Below, one piece after another: positions 21,636-33,100 of a stretch of 64,000 nucleotides of DNA. How positions within the stretch are numbered: position 1 is the first letter of the stretch; the number at the start of each line of letters is the position of its first letter. Source of the DNA: Nitrospirota bacterium (GTDB lineage: Bacteria; Nitrospirota; UBA9217). The notes beneath the pieces were generated by a model. That model did no database searches, was not told the DNA's origin, and saw only the letters and a program-made list of their open reading frames with translations. Both the position numbers and the translations under genes were made by a program. The stretch lies in NCBI GenBank assembly GCA_963751455.1, contig CAVVUN010000002.1, forward strand, positions 480,001 to 544,000, read 5' to 3'.

Positions 21636-22916
21636 TTGAATACATTATCACCATACTTCAGAAGAATATTAAGTTCAGGCAGTAGAGGTGTTTTATTGTT
21701 TTTCATGATTATTGTTTTGTTTCCTGCTGCGGTTCTCGCTCTTGATGTTGCAGGAACTTCAAGAACGTATCTCCAAAGCAGGGAAAGCGCGGACAAGAAT
21801 TTTCTTCCCCTGTATGAATATCTTGATTTTTCCTCGCAGAACAACAGCGAAGCTCTGTATTCCGTCCACTTCGGCGGATGGTACCGGTACGACATCGAAG
21901 ACGAGAACGCTAGTAAAGATGTCCAGTATGGGTACCTGAGCTTCAGGGGCAAAACCGCAAATAGTATTGTGAATCTGGGGCGCGTTATGGTGTTCGAGGG
22001 AGCAGCTGCAGAGCGCCTAGACGGGTTGTATGCTCGCACTGATTTGCAGGGCAACTTCGGTATTTCAGCATTCGGAGGCGCTCCGGTCGAGACCGGTAGC
22101 GACATCCCGGGCAATAATGTCATCTACGGTGCGCGCATATCGCACAATCTTCCGGATGTTTACCGGATCGGCATCTCATATCTGAAAGAGGAAAAGAATG
22201 ACGTCGAATTCAGGGAGGAAGAAGGCCTTGATGTATGGCTTCATCCCGTGAGCAAGATAGACATCGGCGGACGCTCCATCTATAACGCGATTACCTCTGA
22301 CTGGATGCAGCATACCTATAACGTGGTGCTCGGCCCGTTTGATAAACTGAGGCTTATCGCCGAGGCATCGTTGATCAATTACGCTGATTTCTTTTATGCT
22401 TCCACGACGCCGGTTTTCCGGCTGCAGGCCGGCATTCTTGACCCGAACGAAAAAGCCAGAACCCTCGGCGCAACAGCAGGCTATGACGTCACAAACTCGG
22501 TAAACATATCCGCTGACTATAAAACACACAATTATCAAATCGCCGGCGATGCCGCATACCTTGGAGGAAACATCAGGTATGCTGCCGGGCGAACGGGCAG
22601 CGGTCTCTCGGTCCACAGGATGGATGGAGACGCCGACCGTCTTAAATACGACGAGTACAGGGTTTATGTTTTTACCAAGGTCGGACCTGCGGACATCGCT
22701 GTTGACCTTATCGATGTCAAATATGAGGCCGCTGTAAACGGAGTGACGAATTCCTACTCGGCTTCCATTGCAGGGCAGTACAGTGTTACGGAACGATGGA
22801 ACGTGGGCGCCGACGTCGAATATTCGAAGAACCCGGACTTTGACAAGGACATCCGGACATTCCTGAAGGCCATCTACCGGTTCGATATCGGCTCCGGCGC
22901 AGGGAAGGGGGCATAG
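21636..22916 (+). CDS. Putative outer-membrane beta-barrel (porin) of porin-cytochrome module 1
   Basis: Signal peptide, alternating amphipathic strands, C-terminal AIYRF; directly upstream of multiheme genes; paralog of 28163-29455. Confidence 0.75.
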   Translation: MNTLSPYFRRILSSGSRGVLLFFMIIVLFPAAVLALDVAGTSRTYLQSRESADKNFLPLYEYLDFSSQNNSEALYSVHFGGWYRYDIEDENASKDVQYGYLSFRGKTANSIVNLGRVMVFEGAAAERLDGLYARTDLQGNFGISAFGGAPVETGSDIPGNNVIYGARISHNLPDVYRIGISYLKEEKNDVEFREEEGLDVWLHPVSKIDIGGRSIYNAITSDWMQHTYNVVLGPFDKLRLIAEASLINYADFFYASTTPVFRLQAGILDPNEKARTLGATAGYDVTNSVNISADYKTHNYQIAGDAAYLGGNIRYAAGRTGSGLSVHRMDGDADRLKYDEYRVYVFTKVGPADIAVDLIDVKYEAAVNGVTNSYSASIAGQYSVTERWNVGADVEYSKNPDFDKDIRTFLKAIYRFDIGSGAGKGA

Positions 22917-22917
22917 C

Positions 22918-23361
22918 ATGATTACCATGAGGCTCAAAATAATATTTCTTATTGTGCTGTCTGCGCTCGCCCTTGCGCTTTTTGCATGCGCGCATACGCA
23001 GAGCATTGCGGCAAAACACCCCACGGCGGTGGAGGGCACACCTATCTGCAGTGACTGCCATACGGATTATCGCGCTGCCATGAATCATACGGGAGATTTC
23101 AGCACACGGCACCGTTTCTACGCCGTTCAAGGCAAGCAGTCCTGCGCGGTCTGTCATGCAGAGTCGTTCTGCTCCGACTGCCATGCACACAAGGAAGAAT
23201 TGAAGCCAAGCGACAAGTATAAGGATTCTCCTGAACGGTCGATGCCTCACCGGGGAGATTATCTGAACCAGCACAAGATTGACGGCAGGGTGAATCCTGC
23301 ATCTTGCTTCCCGTGTCACGGCCGTCAGAACAATGAGAGGTGCCAAGCATGTCACCGATAA
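22918..23361 (+). CDS. Pentaheme cytochrome c lipoprotein (module 1)
   Basis: Lipobox LFAC; 5 CxxCH. Confidence 0.88.
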   Translation: MITMRLKIIFLIVLSALALALFACAHTQSIAAKHPTAVEGTPICSDCHTDYRAAMNHTGDFSTRHRFYAVQGKQSCAVCHAESFCSDCHAHKEELKPSDKYKDSPERSMPHRGDYLNQHKIDGRVNPASCFPCHGRQNNERCQACHR

Positions 23362-23765
23362 AGAGAACGATGCTTATCAGTTGTCTGCTCATTGCTGCAG
23401 TGGTAACCGCTTTCGGTTGCGGCGATTCAAGTTCCCACGGTATTTTTGATACGGATGGCCATCCGGCAGGGTGGCTGCCTGCAGGGCATGTAAGTCCGGC
23501 AAGGGAAAACATTTCTTCTTGCACCGAATGCCATGGAGCGGAATTAACCGGAGGCATCTCTAACGTATCCTGCACGGCCTGCCATATAGGAGGGCCGACT
23601 TCGGCCCATCCTGTGGGATGGGGGGAGGATATAGAAAACAATCATGGCCCTTACGCTGTGCATAATGGTGTATCTGCCTGCCGGAATATCTGGTGCCATG
23701 GAAACAATCTGCAGGGAGTTCAAGACAGCGGGCCAAGCTGCAATAATTGTCACGATTTTCCGTGA
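23349..23765 (+). CDS. Tetraheme cytochrome c lipoprotein with CxxxxCH motif (module 1)
   Basis: Lipobox AFGC; CTECH, CTACH, CRNIWCH, CNNCH. Confidence 0.85.
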   Translation: MSPIKRTMLISCLLIAAVVTAFGCGDSSSHGIFDTDGHPAGWLPAGHVSPARENISSCTECHGAELTGGISNVSCTACHIGGPTSAHPVGWGEDIENNHGPYAVHNGVSACRNIWCHGNNLQGVQDSGPSCNNCHDFP

Positions 23766-23874
23766 TCCTGATCAAAGAGCCGGGAGCTACGGTTAGCGGT
23801 GCAGCTGCACAACACTGTTTGTTTGAAGAAGCTGAAAAGGGAGGATATATTCCTCCCTTTTTCATTAAGGACTG

Positions 23875-23916
23875 TTATGACAGAGTGATTTCCGTGCCGA
23901 CGCCTTCCTTGGTAAA
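23875..23916 (-). pseudogene. Remnant of the argB 3' end
   Basis: Encodes FTKEGVGTEITLS*; intact ArgB ends [13 protein letters not shown] (30453-30494). Confidence 0.85.
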
Positions 23917-24081
23917 TTTACACACAGCGTGTCGTACACGGCTTGTCAGGAAGGTCCGGCCATCAGCTATCCTTAAGAACACGCTCAGTTATAACGGCAC
24001 AACGTGTACCACCAGTCTTTGCGGACGCCAGAACATGGTAAGGTCTCTCACTGAGATTCATATCGCTGCATAAAAAATAAA

Positions 24082-24245
24082 CCTGAAAAAAGCAGTTGGA
24101 CACGGATAAAATCTGATCAACACGGATTTATAGGAAGTTACGAACAGTAATGGATTCACCCAAAAGGCGAGATGGCTTTTTGCTCTATCACATTGTTTTG
24201 ATCCGCTGTTTCCGTGTTCATCCGTGTTCAAATGCCGTTTTTAGG
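24082..24245. mobile_element. 164-bp MITE (CCT...AGG family)
   Basis: Reverse complement of 57904-58067; 5-bp TSD ATAAA. Confidence 0.9.
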
Positions 24246-24841
24246 ATAAAAGGCCTGGAGGAAACTCCGGGCCTTTTACTATTTATCCTGTCCTCCAATG
24301 CATGTTGTATCATCTTCACGCATTTCATCACTGTAGCTTTTCCCGACACAGCCACTCTCTTGACAATCAAAAAAAAAGAGCTACCTTCCATCTAGAAGTA
24401 CAATAATAATTCGCAAATGCATTAACCCAGCGATCAACTTCAGCTCCAGCAAAAAACACAATCGTGCAGTAAATACGATAAACCCGGCTCCAGTTCATGA
24501 GCCCTGATCATTCTCTCCGGATCATCGCCAGAAAGCCATCGAGGGATGGTCGGGCATTCACCGCAAAGTGAAGGTGCTTGTGTCGTACTTTCTCAGGAAA
24601 TCCCCTGATCACTGCACGATTCGAATCTCATTCCCGACCGTGGGATTAATAACCCAACAATCTAATTGCATGAAAGCGGCAACAGGAGTCTTTTTCACAA
24701 CCTAGATGCACACAAACCGGCACACTACTCGGATTTCGTACGGCCCCTGTTTTTTCCGTGCACGGAGCCCACGACATCATTTAAGAAGCATCAACCAGAG
24801 AAAGGAGAAAACAGTTTATGAATGGTCACAGATCGTTAAAC

Positions 24842-27223
24842 ATGAAGGTTATTGTAATTGGATTGATAATGGCCGGCTTGATGGCCGTGGTCGGATGTGA
24901 AGGTGACACGGGTCCGCAAGGTCCTCCCGGAACTCCAGCGACTTTCGGCGGAGCAGGGTGCAACGATTGTCACCATCTGAATAGCCTCGCCGTCACGCAA
25001 TTTTCCGAAACATTCGTGTCAGGCCTGGCTGGCTCTGACAAAGTGATCACAGCAGGCAGTTTCACGGCACTCACCTTCGATCCGGCAAAACTCCCGGCTG
25101 GCGAGACGGCCCAGGCGTTCTTATGGGAGCGCATCGGGGGTCTCAACTCTTTGCTGTCAGGTACGACAACATCAACTGCCCTTGTCACGTTACCTTCACC
25201 TACTGCCGTCAATTACAAGACGGAACTGGTCAGGCATGTCAAGGGACTTGTCGTTACGACGCTTACCGGAACTGTTTTGTCAGAGCGCGCAATGATCGTT
25301 CCGGTCAATCCGTTCAACCTGGAGGAGGCAACCGCGGCTGAGTACAAGCTGCGGGTGGCGACCGCGAGCGGAAAATATTATTTCGGACTTGCGAAGGTGA
25401 CGGACACTGCAGCAGTAACGGCTGCGGAAGCGTTCGCAGCGGTGAACACTGGTATCAATAACATCCCTGTAAATGTGCCGGTGCTCCTTCGGGCGAAAAC
25501 GTCGAGCGGATACTCCTGGTCGGTTACGTCGGCGCCGAGCGGAACCGCGGCGACTCTGAATGATGCAGCCACGCAATTTCCAGACTTTACCGCCCACGTA
25601 CCCGGTACATACGTCCTCTCCCAGGCAACAGGGACTACGACTGAAATCACCCTTCATGCCGGCACGTGGCAAGGCGCCATTACCGGAGAGGACGCAAATG
25701 GGCGGCCTACATCATCATGCGCTCCTGCATGCCACGGAACAACAGGCGCGAACTCCGTAGTTACAACGAATTTCAATGAATGGGCACAATCCGGTCATGC
25801 GGAAATATTCAAACAGAATCTGAACGCAGGAGGCCACTACGGCCCGAGTTGTTTCCCGTGCCACACAGTCGGCTTCAATACCAATACGACTGCCGTGAAT
25901 AACGGATTTGACGACCAGCCAAATTACAGCGCGTTTATTGCTGATACCAGCATGTTTGCAACAACCGCGGACGCTACCCGCTATTCAAGGATGTTCACGT
26001 CCTATCCAGACTTGGTTTTACAAACCAATGTACAGTGCGAGAACTGCCACGGTCCGAGCAACAGCCCGCTTCACAATAACGGCATCCTGGCAGACCCCGA
26101 ACGGGTGAGCCTATCTGCGGACGTCTGCGGGGCCTGCCACGGGGAGCCGCAGCGCCATGCAAGGTTCCAGCAGTGGGAGGACAGCGGCCACGGCAACTTT
26201 GAGCTTGCAGTAGAGGAAGGCGTTTCGTCGCCCACATCAACGACTCTTCGAAACACCTGTGCCGGGTGCCATACCGCCCAGGGCTTTATGGTATACCTGG
26301 CCCAGCTTCAGGCAGGCAATCCGACCCGGAATATCCCATCAAACATTCCGGGATCGATTGACACGGTCCTGCCTCAGACGTGCGCGGTCTGCCACGATCC
26401 TCATGCGCAGGGCACTACATCCGGTGAGCCGAACACAGCTACGGTCCGTGTTACCGACAATACCCCGAAGCTTCCGAGCGGGTTCGCGGCCACCGGCGTG
26501 GGCCGCGGCGCGATCTGCATCGTTTGCCACAACTCCCGTAACGGCAGCAGCGGCCTCGATTCATTCCTGCACCAGGACGGCGACCCGGTATTCGGTTCTC
26601 TTACGAGCTACAGTGGTCCGCATGAGGCGAACCAGGGCGACGTGTTCATGGGCCATAACGCCTACTTTGTCGGAAGCACCCCGAACACATCGTCACCGTA
26701 CCGATCGCCGCACGCCTTGATAGCCGATACCTGTGCTACCTGCCATATGGAACTGACGCCCCCGCCTCCGCTCCTGAGCTATAACCTGGCGGGCACCAAC
26801 CATACGTTCAGGCCGAGTCTCAATATTTGCAGCCAGTGTCATCCGGTCAATACGAGCCTTGGTCCCATGCTCCAGGCAAGGGTGAAGTCGACCCTGGAAG
26901 CGCTCAAGCTATCCATTGAACAGAAGATCATCTCCCGGAATACGGGCACCCAGATAGATTCGGCAAGTCTTTCCGGTCGGGGCAATGTGGAGGTTCTTTA
27001 CTCGGACGGCACATCAACGAATATCAGTGTGGGCTCCATTCCGGGCCTCTCCACTACCGACTTGAAGACGGACGACCTCGCCAAAGCTATCTGGAACTTC
27101 CACCTGATTGAACAGGACCAGAGCTTCGGCGTCCACAATCCGGATTTCACATACGCTGTTATGGGGGCTTCACAGCTTGCTGTTGATAGAATTCCGAGTG
27201 AACCCGAACCGATCAACGATTAG
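24842..27223 (+). CDS. Large multiheme c-type cytochrome lipoprotein (~10 hemes)
   Basis: Lipobox VVGC, GPQGPPG linker, 9 CxxCH plus CAPACH, C-terminal helical SFGVHNP motif. Confidence 0.85.
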   Translation: MKVIVIGLIMAGLMAVVGCEGDTGPQGPPGTPATFGGAGCNDCHHLNSLAVTQFSETFVSGLAGSDKVITAGSFTALTFDPAKLPAGETAQAFLWERIGGLNSLLSGTTTSTALVTLPSPTAVNYKTELVRHVKGLVVTTLTGTVLSERAMIVPVNPFNLEEATAAEYKLRVATASGKYYFGLAKVTDTAAVTAAEAFAAVNTGINNIPVNVPVLLRAKTSSGYSWSVTSAPSGTAATLNDAATQFPDFTAHVPGTYVLSQATGTTTEITLHAGTWQGAITGEDANGRPTSSCAPACHGTTGANSVVTTNFNEWAQSGHAEIFKQNLNAGGHYGPSCFPCHTVGFNTNTTAVNNGFDDQPNYSAFIADTSMFATTADATRYSRMFTSYPDLVLQTNVQCENCHGPSNSPLHNNGILADPERVSLSADVCGACHGEPQRHARFQQWEDSGHGNFELAVEEGVSSPTSTTLRNTCAGCHTAQGFMVYLAQLQAGNPTRNIPSNIPGSIDTVLPQTCAVCHDPHAQGTTSGEPNTATVRVTDNTPKLPSGFAATGVGRGAICIVCHNSRNGSSGLDSFLHQDGDPVFGSLTSYSGPHEANQGDVFMGHNAYFVGSTPNTSSPYRSPHALIADTCATCHMELTPPPPLLSYNLAGTNHTFRPSLNICSQCHPVNTSLGPMLQARVKSTLEALKLSIEQKIISRNTGTQIDSASLSGRGNVEVLYSDGTSTNISVGSIPGLSTTDLKTDDLAKAIWNFHLIEQDQSFGVHNPDFTYAVMGASQLAVDRIPSEPEPIND

Positions 27224-27308
27224 CAGAAAGGCACGCTGGCTCTCCTGCCGGCGGGCGCTCATCGCCCGCCGGTCTCTTCAACCCGATCACCTTCTTAAGG
27301 ATGACCGT

Positions 27309-28166
27309 ATGAAATTGAAATTCAAGATTATGTATATGCTGCTTTTGATCTTCCTTCTTCTGCCTGCCTGCAAGCCGAAACCCGAGGCAGCGTCCAGGGA
27401 CGGGAGCCTTCTGGCGATTGTCAATGGTGTCGCAATAACCGAAGACGATCTCCACATGAGACTTCATGCCGGGCATGACGATCCCGAGGCGCGTGAGCGG
27501 GTGCTGAAGGAGATCATCATCGAGGAACTTTTCTACCAGAAAGGATTAAAGCTGGGGCTCGATAGGGACCCGAAATACCGTAATGCCGTAACAATCATGG
27601 AGCAGCGTCTGAAGGACTTCAAACGCTCAGAAATGGCGCGCCGGATCAGCAACAGCCAGATTGCGGCAAAGGTCGAAGTTACCTACGAGGACACCAAAAA
27701 ATACTATGCTGAGCACAAGTCGGAAATCTCCGAGGATCTTCATCTAATCGTGGTTCAGTTCGCAAACGAGGACCAGGCGCGAGATGCGCTTCAGAGAATA
27801 AAGGCGGGCGCCGCCCCGGAAACGGTTGCGACGGAGCTGTATTCCGGTGATTTGAACAGGAAGACGCTGTCCTGGGACAGGGGGTTCCTTCACTGGAATG
27901 AGATACCGGTTGACCTGACAGAAACGATCTACAGTCTCAAAAAAGACGAGGTAAGCGGCGTTTTGTGCAGCACGAGGACCGGCGTATGCATAGTGAAGCT
28001 GGTCGATAGAAGAGAGAATACGGCCGCATCGTTCGAAAAGATGAGCGCCGGCATAATGAGCCGCATTCGCGACATTCGCTTGCTCGAAGCACGTGACCGT
28101 TATGTCGAGGATTTGAAAAATGAATCGAAAATCGTAAAGTTCGAGGAAAGGAGGAAAGGGTCTTGA
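27309..28166 (+). CDS. Parvulin/PpiC-type foldase lipoprotein
   Basis: Lipobox LPAC, AIVNGVAIT, ELFYQKGLKLGLDRDP, degenerate PPIase domain. Confidence 0.75.
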   Translation: MKLKFKIMYMLLLIFLLLPACKPKPEAASRDGSLLAIVNGVAITEDDLHMRLHAGHDDPEARERVLKEIIIEELFYQKGLKLGLDRDPKYRNAVTIMEQRLKDFKRSEMARRISNSQIAAKVEVTYEDTKKYYAEHKSEISEDLHLIVVQFANEDQARDALQRIKAGAAPETVATELYSGDLNRKTLSWDRGFLHWNEIPVDLTETIYSLKKDEVSGVLCSTRTGVCIVKLVDRRENTAASFEKMSAGIMSRIRDIRLLEARDRYVEDLKNESKIVKFEERRKGS

Positions 28167-29455
28167 AAAGACAACCGTTGGAGTTCAAACAAAACGGTCT
28201 TTGGTCGCCGGGTCGCTTCCTCAGTTGCGTGGCAGCTATCCTGATATCTTTAGGCCTGGCAGCCGTATGCCCGGCAGTGACCCTGGACGGCACATCCAGA
28301 TCGTACTTGCAGGCCCGAGAGTCAACCGGCGGTACCGGTTTTCTGCCAGGCTTTGAGTATCTCGATCTTGTTGCGAGAGACGTCGGGAGTGAAGAAATTT
28401 CAGCGCATTTCGGAGGATGGGGACGGTACGATTTCAGGGAGGAGACCGGCGACACCGACGTCCAGTATGCTTTCCTGAGCTACAAGCGGAAGTATGACAA
28501 CTCCGTCGTGAACGCGGGTAGAGTCCTCGTTTTTGAAGGGGTGGCAAATGCCGAGCGGGTGGACGGACTGTACGCTCGAACGGATCTTACGGGCGGTTTC
28601 GGCATATCGGCCTTTGGAGGAAAACCTGCCGAAGTGGGCATAGAAACGCCGGGAAATAATATTATCTACGGGGCCAGGATCTTTTATCAACAGCCTAATC
28701 TCTATGGTATCGGTATCTCAACTTTGAAAGAGGAAAAAAACAGCGACTCGTTCAGAAATGAGCAGGGGATCGACCTCTGGTACAGGCCGCGTAATAAAAT
28801 AGAGCTGCTGGGGAGGTCCTCCTATAACTCCCTGGAAGACGATTGGACGGAGCATTCGTACAATCTTATACTGGGACCGTTTGATAAAATCAAACTCAAT
28901 ACTGAACTTGCCTATTATGATTATGACGATTTTTTGAGGACTGTTTCGACCAGTGCCCTGAGCTTCACTTCGGGTATTTTCAATTTCAGTGATACCGCCA
29001 AGATCATTGGAGAGGAAGTTTCGTATTCGGCATCCGATAAGCTTACTGTTCATGTCAATGTACGGTCATTCCGGTACAATATCGCAGGCGATGCCTGGTC
29101 CTACGGTGCGCGGGCCAACTATTCCGAAGGCCGTGAAAAAGCCGCAGGTATTTCCGTTCACAGGGTCTCCGGTGACGAGGAGCGCTTGCGGTATATCCAG
29201 TACAGGCTTTACGCGGCCCAGACAATAGGAAGAATGAACGTGGCCGTTGACCTTATCGACCTGACCTTTGACGAAAACATCGGCGGCACCGATAATTCAT
29301 ATTCGGCAACCATAGCGGCCCTCTATGCTCTGACAGAATCGCTCAGGGCCGGAGCAGACCTCGAGTATCAGAAAAATCCGTTTTTCGACAGAGAGGTGAA
29401 GGCATTCGCCAAGATCCTGTACACGTTCGGAGCGAAGGCGGGAGGTGGTGCGTGA
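28163..29455 (+). CDS. Putative outer-membrane beta-barrel (porin) of porin-cytochrome module 2
   Basis: Paralog of 21636-22916 (GTSRSYLQ, HFGGWGRYD, GRVLVFEG, GISAFGG), C-terminal ILYTF. Confidence 0.75.
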   Translation: MKRQPLEFKQNGLWSPGRFLSCVAAILISLGLAAVCPAVTLDGTSRSYLQARESTGGTGFLPGFEYLDLVARDVGSEEISAHFGGWGRYDFREETGDTDVQYAFLSYKRKYDNSVVNAGRVLVFEGVANAERVDGLYARTDLTGGFGISAFGGKPAEVGIETPGNNIIYGARIFYQQPNLYGIGISTLKEEKNSDSFRNEQGIDLWYRPRNKIELLGRSSYNSLEDDWTEHSYNLILGPFDKIKLNTELAYYDYDDFLRTVSTSALSFTSGIFNFSDTAKIIGEEVSYSASDKLTVHVNVRSFRYNIAGDAWSYGARANYSEGREKAAGISVHRVSGDEERLRYIQYRLYAAQTIGRMNVAVDLIDLTFDENIGGTDNSYSATIAALYALTESLRAGADLEYQKNPFFDREVKAFAKILYTFGAKAGGGA

Positions 29456-29901
29456 TGATGAAGCCTGTTATTGTAAAGTGCATGCTGGCAGTTCTGATTC
29501 CGTTTGTGTTCGCGGGACTCTATGCCTGCGCTCATACGCAATCAGTGGCGGCCATACACCCGGTTGAACCGAAAGAATCGCAGATGTGCGGCGATTGCCA
29601 TACGGACGGGAGGTCGGCATTGAGCCACACCGCCGATTTCAGCCGCCGTCACAAGTTCTATGCATATCAGCAGCAAAGGACATGTTCGCTCTGCCACGCC
29701 GAATCATTCTGTTCAGACTGCCATGCACACAAGGAGGAACTGAAGCCGAGCGATAAATACAAAGAAGCCGTTGCCCGTGACCTTCCCCACAGGGGTGATT
29801 ATCTGAGCCAGCATAGAATCGACGGCCGGATCAATCCTGCATGGTGTGTCAGGTGCCACGGCCGGCAGAACAATGAGAGGTGCAGAGTATGTCATCGATA
29901 A
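29452..29901 (+). CDS. Pentaheme cytochrome c lipoprotein (module 2)
   Basis: Lipobox LYAC; 5 CxxCH; paralog of 22918-23361. Confidence 0.88.
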   Translation: MMMKPVIVKCMLAVLIPFVFAGLYACAHTQSVAAIHPVEPKESQMCGDCHTDGRSALSHTADFSRRHKFYAYQQQRTCSLCHAESFCSDCHAHKEELKPSDKYKEAVARDLPHRGDYLSQHRIDGRINPAWCVRCHGRQNNERCRVCHR

Positions 29902-30311
29902 CCAAAACGACGTTGAGCAGCTTTTTGCTTATTGCCGCACTGTTCACGGCGAGCGGTTGCGGGGATTCCAGCTCTGAAGGAGTTTTTGATACGGATGCGT
30001 CTGTGCATCCCGCCGGCTGGCTGCCTGCCGGACACGTCGGTCCAGCCAGGGAGAATGTTTCAGCGTGCACGCAGTGCCACGGAACCGAATTGACAGGCGG
30101 GATTTCAAATGTATCATGCACCTCGTGCCATCTCGGCGGCCCGACGTCAGCCCACCCGCTTGAATGGGGTGAAGATATATTGACGAACCATGGCCGCTAC
30201 GCCGTAGAAAACGGCTTTGCCGGATGCCGTAATGTCTGGTGCCATGGAAACAATCTGCAGGGTGTACAGGACAGCGGCCCGAGCTGCCGGGAATGCCATG
30301 ATTTCCCATGA
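29889..30311 (+). CDS. Tetraheme cytochrome c lipoprotein with CxxxxCH motif (module 2)
   Basis: Lipobox ASGC; CTQCH, CTSCH, CRNVWCH, CRECH. Confidence 0.85.
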   Translation: MSSITKTTLSSFLLIAALFTASGCGDSSSEGVFDTDASVHPAGWLPAGHVGPARENVSACTQCHGTELTGGISNVSCTSCHLGGPTSAHPLEWGEDILTNHGRYAVENGFAGCRNVWCHGNNLQGVQDSGPSCRECHDFP

Positions 30312-30452
30312 TGGCTGAAAGGTATGGGTTCAAACCCGAGCGCAGATTTAGAAATTAGGGAGCGGTGAGTAAAAGTTGGCTTTTTTGGAGAGGACCGCGG
30401 AGAGCAGGGAGGATAGAATCCTCCCTGTTTTATTATATGGAGATTGAGCCTG

Positions 30453-31349
<897 letters not shown>

Positions 31350-31638
31350 TTAAAGCAAGTTCAAAATTCGAAGCCCGAGACACTAAATATATCGAAGCTC
31401 GAACGATACAAACTCGTCAACAATTGATTAGTAACTAAGGAGTCAAAATCTTCTCAAAACGGGAAGAATATTTACCGCGAAGACGCGAGGGACGCAAGGA
31501 AACCATGCAACATCTTTTCAGGTTTTAAAACCCTGCTGTTGGCTTTGCTTTCCTCGCGACCATTGCGCCTTTGCGGTTCAAGGTTTTACTTCGGGCTTGT
31601 CCGGGTTAGGATTTCGATATTAAAATTTCGTGCTTGTG

Positions 31639-32979
31639 TTACAGGATATATCTGCTCAGGTCTTCGCTCTGTACGATATCTGCCAGTTTCTCACGCACAT
31701 ACTGCGATGTAATCTCCACCTTCGAGCCTTTCCGTTCAGGAGCGTCAAACGATATTTCGTCCAGCAGCCGCTCCATGATCGTGTAAAGCCTGCGGGCGCC
31801 GATATTCTCCATTCGGTCGTTTACCCGGGTAGCGATATCGGCCATCTCCTCGATAGAATCGCTGGAGAAAGATATCGTGACATCCTCGGTCGCAAGGAGA
31901 GCGATCTGCTGCTTGATCAACGCATTCTGCGGTTCGGTCAGAATCCTGATAAACTCGCCCTTGCCGAGCGAATCGAGCTCCACCCGGATAGGGAACCTGC
32001 CCTGGAGTTCGGGGATAAGGTCAGACGGCTTGGAAACGTGGAATGCTCCTGCGGCTATGAACAGAATATGGTCTGTCCTGACAGGCCCGTACTTCGTAGT
32101 GACGGTCGAACCTTCCACGATCGGCAGGAGGTCCCGCTGTACGCCTTCCCGGGATACGTCAGGGCCGTGCGCCTCCCGGCCGGCGATCTTGTCGATCTCG
32201 TCGAGAAATACGATGCCCGATTGCTCGACCCGCTGCAGTGCCTCCTTAATCACCTTATCCATGTCAATCAGCTTTGCTGCTTCTTCCTGGACCAGGAGCC
32301 GCAGCGCATCGGGGACTTTGACCTTGCGGCGCTTCGTCTTTTCCGGAAGAAGGCCCCCCAGCATTTCCTTGAGGTTCATCTCGATCTCTTCCATCCCCAC
32401 GTTCGATATGATGCCGAACGGCATGACCTTTTCTTTCTGCTCGATCTCAACCATCCGCTCGTCCAGTTTTCCGTCCTTTAACTGATGCCGGAGCTTCTCA
32501 CGGGTGTGCTTGTTCTGTTCCTGCTGTTCGAGCGTTGGCTCGGCCCCCGGCAATGGCCTGGCTGGCGGCAGCAGAAGATCGAGCAGGCGGTCTTCTGCCA
32601 GGGCGGCGGCCTTCTCCTGCACCTGCTCCGACATCTCGTTCTTTACCATGTTGATGCTTATCTCGGTGAGGTCGCGGATGATGGAATCGACATCGCGGCC
32701 GACATAGCCGACCTCAGTGAACTTCGACGCCTCTATTTTTAAAAAGGGAGCGAGGACCAGCTTCGCCAGCCTTCGGGCGATCTCGGTTTTCCCAACGCCC
32801 GTCGGTCCTATCATGATGATGTTTTTCGGCAGGACCTCGTCGCGAAGTTCCTCCGAGAGGCGCTGACGTCTCCACCGGTTCCTCAGCGCAATGGCGACCG
32901 CCCGCTTGGCCTTATGCTGGCCGATGATATACTTGTCGAGCTGTTCTACGATCTGTCGTGGCGTGAACGTGTCTTTCAA
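31639..32979 (-). CDS. hslU: ATP-dependent protease ATPase HslU
   Basis: [28 protein letters not shown]. Confidence 0.97.
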   Translation of the reverse strand: MKDTFTPRQIVEQLDKYIIGQHKAKRAVAIALRNRWRRQRLSEELRDEVLPKNIIMIGPTGVGKTEIARRLAKLVLAPFLKIEASKFTEVGYVGRDVDSIIRDLTEISINMVKNEMSEQVQEKAAALAEDRLLDLLLPPARPLPGAEPTLEQQEQNKHTREKLRHQLKDGKLDERMVEIEQKEKVMPFGIISNVGMEEIEMNLKEMLGGLLPEKTKRRKVKVPDALRLLVQEEAAKLIDMDKVIKEALQRVEQSGIVFLDEIDKIAGREAHGPDVSREGVQRDLLPIVEGSTVTTKYGPVRTDHILFIAAGAFHVSKPSDLIPELQGRFPIRVELDSLGKGEFIRILTEPQNALIKQQIALLATEDVTISFSSDSIEEMADIATRVNDRMENIGARRLYTIMERLLDEISFDAPERKGSKVEITSQYVREKLADIVQSEDLSRYIL

Positions 32980-33100
32980 AATGCGTCTCCCAGTATAAAA
33001 AGATTGCGGAAATGATGCCTGTTCCAGTGGGTAAAGCGTCTTCGGTCATTAACCGAAATACGAACAACGATACGGGCGTCGTAGCCGCCGGACTTTTCCA

